Shown piece after piece: positions 8,550 through 14,870 of a DNA stretch of 24,000 nt. The stretch is taken from contig JBBSXO010000003.1 of the NCBI GenBank assembly GCA_038045705.1, positions 128,828 through 152,827 of the forward strand. The letters run 5' to 3'. The translations under genes and the position numbers were made by a program. The stretch is from Nanobdellota archaeon. GTDB taxonomy: Archaea; Nanobdellota; Nanobdellia; Pacearchaeales; GW2011-AR1. Numbering within the stretch: the first letter of the stretch is position 1; each line of letters opens with the position of its first letter. Under the pieces are notes generated by a model that was given only the letters and a program-made list of their open reading frames with translations, did not search any database and was not told where the DNA came from.

Positions 8550-8677
8550 TATAAATCACCTGCACAACGAAAAAACAATTCATTATTTAAACTTTGTTCA
8601 AGAATTATACAAAGTTTATGCTTGACAACATCAGTTGGCATTGTTTAAACTTTATTCCAAATTATCATCGAGCTCAA

Positions 8678-8845
8678 TTAAACAATCGGCCAAAAGACTT
8701 TTAAAACAATTACAAAAGAAATAACTGCAACTAGAAAAGCAACAACTGCTCTTGGAGAGATCATAAACTTACTAGAATACTCAGAATCATAGCGCATTAT
8801 TCCACCAAATGCTCCAGGCATTTGTATTTGATTTTGTTGAGCCAT
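8678..8845 (-). CDS. secG: Preprotein translocase subunit SecG / Sec61-beta, absent from the supplied ORF track (55 aa)
   Basis: Reverse-strand translation MAQQNQIQMPGAFGGIMRYDSEYSSKFMISPRAVVAFLVAVISFVIVLKVFWPIV*: G-rich N-terminus, 'GGIMRYxxEY', 'SPRAVV' and a single C-terminal TM helix, as in archaeal Sec61-beta. Confidence 0.88.
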   Translation of the reverse strand: MAQQNQIQMPGAFGGIMRYDSEYSSKFMISPRAVVAFLVAVISFVIVLKVFWPIV

Positions 8846-8918
8846 AAAAAATAAAGCAAAAAACAGTATAAAAACCTTATTAAGATAGTTATTTAAACAA
8901 AATAAGGTAAATTACATC

Positions 8919-9101
8919 ATGACTAAAAATAAACCAAAAGATACAAATAGTTACAAGGGATGGTTAAACTCAGACAGTTTTCTTAAGAGGGCATTTGCAA
9001 TATCTGGATATAGTTTTATCCCAGTTTTAATATTCTATGGAATAATCATAATTTTATTTATTATTATATTTTTGATATTTTTAGCATTCAATATTAATTA
9101 G
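8919..9101 (+). CDS. Small hypothetical membrane protein
   Basis: 60-aa ORF with a polar N-terminus and a long hydrophobic C-terminal half; start preceded by an AT-rich region. Confidence 0.45.
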   Translation: MTKNKPKDTNSYKGWLNSDSFLKRAFAISGYSFIPVLIFYGIIIILFIIIFLIFLAFNIN

Positions 9102-9721
9102 ATTTTCTTTATATTTTCAAGCAACTCATTCTTCTTTTTTCTTGAAGTATATTTCTTACCAAACCTAACAAGAGTAGGATTCACTTGAGACCAATATTTA
9201 GGAGGAAATAGTTTCTTCAGATCAGCTTCAACTTTATGAGGATTATTTGCCTTGCTCCAACCAAGTTTTCTCGCCAAGTAAAACACATGAGTATCAACAG
9301 CAAGCCCATATTTACCATGTTCAGACAAAAACACATTAGCGGTCTTTCTACCAACACCAGGCAACTCAATTAACTTATCCAAATCATGAGGAATTTTACC
9401 ATTATAATTTTTAATCAATTCATTAGAACAAGAAATAACATTTTTTGCTTTTCCCTTATTTAAGTTTAGTCTTCTAAAAATATACAAGACATCCTTATAT
9501 CTAGATTTAGAAAGTTTCTCAAGTGAATCATATGTATTAAACAAAGTCTGAGCAATAGGAATTGTAGTCTCATCCCTAGACTGTGCACTCATAATAGTAG
9601 CAATCAGGCATTTCCACTCACTACCCCATCCTTCAGCAGCAAGCCTCATGCTTCCGCCAAGTCTTTCTAGTTCACTTAATTGCCTTAAAGCACGTTTTAA
9701 ATCCATAAGAATTGAAAGCAC
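9098..9721 (-). CDS. nth: Endonuclease III-like HhH-GPD DNA glycosylase lacking the C-terminal 4Fe-4S cysteines
   Basis: 'LIATIMSAQSRDETT', HhH 'LIELPGVGRKTANVFL' with catalytic-type Lys, 'AVDTHVFYLARKLGW'. C-terminus is 'VRFGKKYTSRKKKNELLENIKKI' without CX6CX2CX5C. The start may be at an internal Met. Confidence 0.88.
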   Translation of the reverse strand: MLSILMDLKRALRQLSELERLGGSMRLAAEGWGSEWKCLIATIMSAQSRDETTIPIAQTLFNTYDSLEKLSKSRYKDVLYIFRRLNLNKGKAKNVISCSNELIKNYNGKIPHDLDKLIELPGVGRKTANVFLSEHGKYGLAVDTHVFYLARKLGWSKANNPHKVEADLKKLFPPKYWSQVNPTLVRFGKKYTSRKKKNELLENIKKI

Positions 9722-9755
9722 AAAACCTTAAAATACGTTTCTCCTTGCTCAATAT

Positions 9756-12128
9756 ATGGAACCAAAGCTATCAGAAATTAAGAATTGGTCAATAGAATTA
9801 GAAGATAAAATAACTACATTATGGAAAAATAAAGAATTATTTACATTTAATCCTGACACAAAAAAGAAGATCTACTCAATAGACACTCCTCCTCCATATG
9901 TTAATACTCCAATTCATATTGGTCATGCAACAACTTATACTTACATGGACTTTTTTGCAAGATACAAAAGAATGAAGGGTTTTGAAGTTCTTTTCCCCCT
10001 AGGACTAGATAGAAATGGTCTTCCAATAGAATTAGCGACAGAAAAGAAATTCAATGTATCTCCTTTCAAAATAGGCAGGGAACAATTTATAGAATATTGC
10101 AAAAAACTATTACAAGAAGCATCAGAAGAATCAATTCATTCTTTTGCAAAGCTTGGACACTCATATTCATCATATAAAAAAGGCAATAAACTAGGGGAAA
10201 TTTATTATACAGATTCTCCAGAATATAGAAAAATAACACAAGATACATTTATTGACCTGTTCCATAAAGGTCTGATCTATGAAGATGAGAGAATAAATAA
10301 TTGGGACATAAAACTTCAAACAACAGTAGCCGATTCAGAGATAGAATATAAAGAAATTCCGTCTAAATTTAATCATATAGAATGGAAAGTAGAAAAATCA
10401 AAAGAAAAAATAGTAGTTGCCACGACAAGACCAGAATTACTATGCACTTGTGCAATGGTTATCTATAATCCAGAAGATAAAAGATATAGCCATCTAAAAG
10501 GAAAAAAAGCAATAGTTCCTATATTTGGTCATGTTGTTCCAATACAAGAACATCCATTTGCTCAAATGGATAAAGGAACAGGATTAGTAATGATGTGTTC
10601 TACAGGAGATGTTACAGACATCCAATTCTTTAGAGAAATGAAAATAAAACCAAAAATAGCAATTACAAAAGAAGGAAGAATGAATGAACATGCTTCTCAA
10701 TTTAGCGGATTAAAAGTCAAGGAAGCAAGAGAAAAGACAATAGAAGAATTACAAAAACAAGACTTAATAGTAAAACAAGAAAACATCATTCATAGAACTC
10801 CGACTTCAGAAAGGTCAAGTGCAGAGATAGAATTCATACAAATGCCTGAGTATTATCTTAAGCAATTAGAAACATTACCGAAACTAAAAAAAGAAATTAA
10901 TAAGATAAAATTCTACCCTAAACAATCAAAAGAAATTTTAACTAAATGGATAGATTCTATTTCTATTGATTGGCCAATATCTAGAAGAAGGTTTTACGCT
11001 ACTCCTATTCCATTGTGGAGATCAGGCAACTTAATAGCTGTTCCTCCAAAAGGAAAATATTATGAGCCTACAAAAGAAAATGTTCCAAAAGATGCAACAG
11101 TATATGAAAAAGATAAAAAAATAGGTAATGTAAGCGATTTCAAAAACAAAATTTGGATCGGTGAAGAAAAGGTATTTGATACATGGTTTGATTCTTCAAT
11201 TTCAGAACTAAATATCATTCAATATCCTTCAGAATTTGCAAAGAAAGCATATCCAATTTCATTAAGACCACAAGGTAAAGAGATAGTTAGAACTTGGCTT
11301 TATTATTCTTTACTTAGGGGTTATTTGGAAACCAGTAAACTACCTTTTGAGAGTGTTTGGATACATCAACATATAGTAGATACCCAAGGAAGAAAAATGT
11401 CTAAATCTGTAGGAAATGTAATAGATCCTAAAGAAATACTAAAACTTCATGGATCTGAAAGTTTCAGGTTCTGGGCAGCACTAGAAGGAAACCTTGCAGA
11501 GCAGGATCTAAAATGTTCAATGGATAGAATAGGCGCAGAAACAAAAACAATAAACAAATTACTCAATTTAGCAAGATTTGTTACGCAATTCAAAAAACCG
11601 TCCAAAATAAATTTAACTAAAACAGATGATAATTTCATAAATTATATAGACGCAGAAACAATAAAGGTAGATGAAAATTATGAAGAATATGAATTTCATG
11701 CACCTGTTGAAAAATTAAGAAAGTTCCTTTGGGACACTTTTGCTTCACATTATGTGGAAATGATAAAGAACAGAGTTTATAATGAAAATTCTAATTTTAG
11801 TAAAGAAGAAAGCGATTCAGCAAAATACACTTTACACTATTTATTGGAAAGAATAATAACTCTATTATATCCAATAATTCCACAAGTAACTTCAGTTATA
11901 GGAAATGAATTAGGGTTAACATTGCATAAAATAGAATTTCCAAAAGTTATAAAGCAAAAAGAAAATTCTGAAAAAATAATAGAAGAAATAATGAAGTTCA
12001 ATAGTGAAGTTTGGAAACAAAAGAAAGAACAAAGTATTTCACTAAAAGAACCAATCTCAAATATCAAAATACCTTCAAACCTGAAGGACTTTGAAAAGGA
12101 TCTAATAGCATGTCATAATTTAAAATGA
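9756..12128 (+). CDS. valS: Valyl-tRNA synthetase
   Basis: 'PPYVNTPIHIGHATTYTYMDFFARYKRMKGFEVLFPLGLDRNGLPIE', editing-domain 'ATTRPELL', 'KMSKSVGNVIDP', 'DWPISRRRFYATPIPLW'. Confidence 0.93.
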   Translation: MEPKLSEIKNWSIELEDKITTLWKNKELFTFNPDTKKKIYSIDTPPPYVNTPIHIGHATTYTYMDFFARYKRMKGFEVLFPLGLDRNGLPIELATEKKFNVSPFKIGREQFIEYCKKLLQEASEESIHSFAKLGHSYSSYKKGNKLGEIYYTDSPEYRKITQDTFIDLFHKGLIYEDERINNWDIKLQTTVADSEIEYKEIPSKFNHIEWKVEKSKEKIVVATTRPELLCTCAMVIYNPEDKRYSHLKGKKAIVPIFGHVVPIQEHPFAQMDKGTGLVMMCSTGDVTDIQFFREMKIKPKIAITKEGRMNEHASQFSGLKVKEAREKTIEELQKQDLIVKQENIIHRTPTSERSSAEIEFIQMPEYYLKQLETLPKLKKEINKIKFYPKQSKEILTKWIDSISIDWPISRRRFYATPIPLWRSGNLIAVPPKGKYYEPTKENVPKDATVYEKDKKIGNVSDFKNKIWIGEEKVFDTWFDSSISELNIIQYPSEFAKKAYPISLRPQGKEIVRTWLYYSLLRGYLETSKLPFESVWIHQHIVDTQGRKMSKSVGNVIDPKEILKLHGSESFRFWAALEGNLAEQDLKCSMDRIGAETKTINKLLNLARFVTQFKKPSKINLTKTDDNFINYIDAETIKVDENYEEYEFHAPVEKLRKFLWDTFASHYVEMIKNRVYNENSNFSKEESDSAKYTLHYLLERIITLLYPIIPQVTSVIGNELGLTLHKIEFPKVIKQKENSEKIIEEIMKFNSEVWKQKKEQSISLKEPISNIKIPSNLKDFEKDLIACHNLK

Positions 12129-12141
12129 AAACAAAACATTT

Positions 12142-12164
12142 AAATATAACTTGATGTTATATTT
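12142..12164. promoter_or_regulatory. Inverted repeat AAATATAAC-TTGAT-GTTATATTT upstream of vapBC; candidate autoregulatory operator
   Basis: 9-bp perfect arms with a 5-nt spacer, ending 11 bp before the first in-frame ATG of the antitoxin gene. Confidence 0.45.
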
Positions 12165-12175
12165 TATTATACTCA

Positions 12176-12394
12176 ATGTATAACATGGAAACCGAATTAA
12201 AAACTTTGGCAAGAACAAGGAGAATAGGGGGATCTCTAGTTATAACAATACCTATGGAAATAGTAAAAGAAGAACAGCTAGAAGAAAATCAAGTAGTAGA
12301 AATTTCTGTAAAAAAATCAAGAAAAAGTTACTTTGGAGCACTCAAAGGAATAGGTCCTTTCACAAGAAAAGATAGAATGGAAGATAGATTTTAA
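12176..12394 (+). CDS. vapB: VapB-like antitoxin (AbrB/SpoVT-type swapped-hairpin DNA-binding domain)
   Basis: 'TLARTRRIGGSLVITIPMEIVKEEQLEENQVVEISVKKSRKSYFG'; directly overlaps the PIN-domain gene. Start could be 12176 or 12185. Confidence 0.8.
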   Translation: MYNMETELKTLARTRRIGGSLVITIPMEIVKEEQLEENQVVEISVKKSRKSYFGALKGIGPFTRKDRMEDRF

Positions 12395-12777
12395 TGAAAT
12401 ACTTTGTTGACTCCTCCGCGTGGATAGAATATTTTAATGGAAGTTCAGCAGGCGAAAAAGTAAATGACATTATGTTAAATGAGGAAAGCGAAATATTTAT
12501 CATTAACATTAATATAGGAGAAGTCGTTAGTTTTCTAAAAAGAGAAAGCAAAAACATTGAAACCGCTTATGAATCTATGATAAAAAGAGCAAAAATATTT
12601 GAGATAACTCCAAGGATTGCCAAAGAAGCTGGAATATTGCACGCGGAAAAAAGAATGAACAAATCAACTATTTCTTTGGCAGACACTTTAATCATTAGTG
12701 CTGCAAAATCAATAAATGCAAAAATAGTAGCTAAAGATCCTCATTTTAAAGATGTAAAAGAAGCAATTCTACTCTAA
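12394..12777 (+). CDS. vapC: VapC-like PIN-domain toxin
   Basis: 'MKYFVDSSAWIEYFNGS', conserved acidic 'NIGEVVSFLKRE', 'MNKSTISLADTLIISAAKSINAKIVAKDPHFKDVK'. Confidence 0.88.
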   Translation: MKYFVDSSAWIEYFNGSSAGEKVNDIMLNEESEIFIININIGEVVSFLKRESKNIETAYESMIKRAKIFEITPRIAKEAGILHAEKRMNKSTISLADTLIISAAKSINAKIVAKDPHFKDVKEAILL

Positions 12778-12870
12778 TCCACAACCTTTAAAATTATCTC
12801 AAAAGTTATAATTTTAAACCTGTTAATCTCAATTAACAATGTTTAAAACACAATTTTAACACTTAATAAC

Positions 12871-13965
12871 ATGAACGACAAACAAAAACTCCAATTAGAA
12901 GAACAAATTGAAGAATTAGAATCTGTAAGAGGAAGACATACAGAATTAGTTACAGTATTAATTCCTGTTGATTTTAATATTCATAGTGTAACAAAACAAC
13001 TAGAAGCAGAGCGTTCAACAGCAGATAACATTAAATCAAAAGCAACTCGTTCAGCTGTTACCGACGCTATTGATATGATTGTACGTTTCCTTAAAGGTAC
13101 AAAACAAACTCCTCCAAATGGTTTAGCTTTGTATGCAGGAAATGTTTCACAAAAAGAAGGAGTTCAAGACATGAAATTATGGTCTATTGAACCTCCTAAG
13201 CCATTAAAAGTTAGAATGTACCGCTGTGATCAAGTATTTGTAACAGAACCATTAAGAAACATGTTACAAACAGATGAAGTCTATGGTCTTATTGTAATAG
13301 ATAGGCAAGAAGCAACATTGGGATTATTAGAAGGAAAGCAGATTAAAGTTTTAAGACATCTAACTTCAGGAGTTCCAAGCAAAGTAAGAGCAGGTGGACA
13401 GAGCGCACAAAGGTTTCACAGAATTACAGAAGGTCTGGCTAAGGAATTCTTTAGACGTACAGCTGAAGCAGCAAAAGAATTGTTTTTTGAGTTACCAAGA
13501 TTAAAAGGATTACTTGTTGGAGGACCAATACCTACCAAGGAAGAATTTTTAGAAGATGGGAATTTAGTTACAAAGTTGAAAGAAAAAGTAATTGCCGTAA
13601 AAGATATAGGTTACGTCGATGAACATGGATTAAAATTATTAGTGGAAGCATCTCAAGAAGACATAGCCGAACAAGAAATAATAAAAGAAAAGAAAATAAT
13701 AGAAGAATTTTTCATGACATTAGGGAAATATCCTGAAAAAACAACTTATGGAGAAGAAAAAACAAAAGTTGCATTCGAGAGAGGAGCAGTCTACAAGTTG
13801 ATTTTATCAAATAAATTAGAGAAAAGTAAAATAGCAGAGTTTGAAAAATTAGCTTTAAACATAGGATCTGAAGTAAGTCTAGTTTCAGATGAAACTCCTG
13901 AAGGAGAACAATTTTTTAATATTACAAAAGGAATTGGAGCTATTTTAAGATTTCAAATAGAATAA
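12871..13965 (+). CDS. prf1: Archaeal peptide chain release factor aRF1
   Basis: 'TADNIKSKATR' (NIKS codon-recognition motif) and 'AGGQSAQRFHR' (GGQ motif). Confidence 0.93.
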   Translation: MNDKQKLQLEEQIEELESVRGRHTELVTVLIPVDFNIHSVTKQLEAERSTADNIKSKATRSAVTDAIDMIVRFLKGTKQTPPNGLALYAGNVSQKEGVQDMKLWSIEPPKPLKVRMYRCDQVFVTEPLRNMLQTDEVYGLIVIDRQEATLGLLEGKQIKVLRHLTSGVPSKVRAGGQSAQRFHRITEGLAKEFFRRTAEAAKELFFELPRLKGLLVGGPIPTKEEFLEDGNLVTKLKEKVIAVKDIGYVDEHGLKLLVEASQEDIAEQEIIKEKKIIEEFFMTLGKYPEKTTYGEEKTKVAFERGAVYKLILSNKLEKSKIAEFEKLALNIGSEVSLVSDETPEGEQFFNITKGIGAILRFQIE

Positions 13966-13983
13966 TCTAAAAGATAAAAACCT

Positions 13984-14870
13984 TCAATTGTAACCTGTCT
14001 TCCTAATTAATCTGTTTCCCATCAAACTCTTAAATCTCCTATGCTTTCTCACAGAATGAACTATTACTATCATTACAATAATTATCCCAACAATAAGAGT
14101 ACTCATTATTATCCAGAATACTAATCTTATTTGAGAATCAATAGGACTATCTTCAGTCAATGTTTCAGTTTCCTCCAAATCTTCATCGACTAACTGAGTT
14201 TCATCAAGCTCAATATTATCATTATCATTAGAACATCCTGTATCAGATGGATAGTCAACTAATCCATCACCATCATTATCAACTTCATCATTACATTGAG
14301 TAACTAAAGTATTAGTTCTTCTAGGAGGACCACCAGTCCCACTTCCAGAACTACTTCCACTTCCAGATCCAGAACTACTAGAACCAGATCCAGTCCCACA
14401 CGTTCCACAATCAGAAGCACAAGAAGAACAAGTCTCACTTAATACATGACAATAATTATCTCCACAAGTAGAGTTTAGAGTACTGTAATTACTAAACCCT
14501 ACAGCAGTCATCACAAATTCACCATTAGAGTAAGATAAAGGAGTACACTTTGTAGAAGGACAAGTAACATTCCCAGATGAAGTCTGAATTATAGGAACAG
14601 GAGCTTGAGTATAACTCAAGTTATAGAAAGTAACTCTAGCAGTTTGATTCAATTCAACATAACTTTCACTATATACTCCAACTATATTACTTGCAATAGC
14701 AATAGCATTATTCAAGTTCAAAGCCTGATAAACTCCAGAAACAGATCTCCACAATGAAACCTGTTGTCCTAAGTACTGTATTCTTCCAAGTCCTGGAATT
14801 CCAATAGAAAAGTCAACAACTCTAGTCAAATCAGTAATATTAGAAATATTAGTAGTCAGATTATTATTAA
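13984..14870 (-). repeat. Paralogous C-terminal module, copy A
   Basis: 'GLGRIQYLGQQVSLWRSVSGVYQALNLNNAIAIASNIVGV...GFSNYSTLNSTCGDNYCHVLSETCSSCASDCGTC...GTGGPPRRTNTLVTQCNDEVDNDGDGLVDYP' aligns with the protein B C-terminus. Boundaries approximate. Confidence 0.85.

Noticed and set aside
14331-14400. Ser/Gly-coding repeats as a CRISPR or tandem DNA repeat array
   Set aside because: Irregular short hexanucleotide-like repeats are in-frame coding sequence for a Gly/Ser linker, with no spacer architecture.
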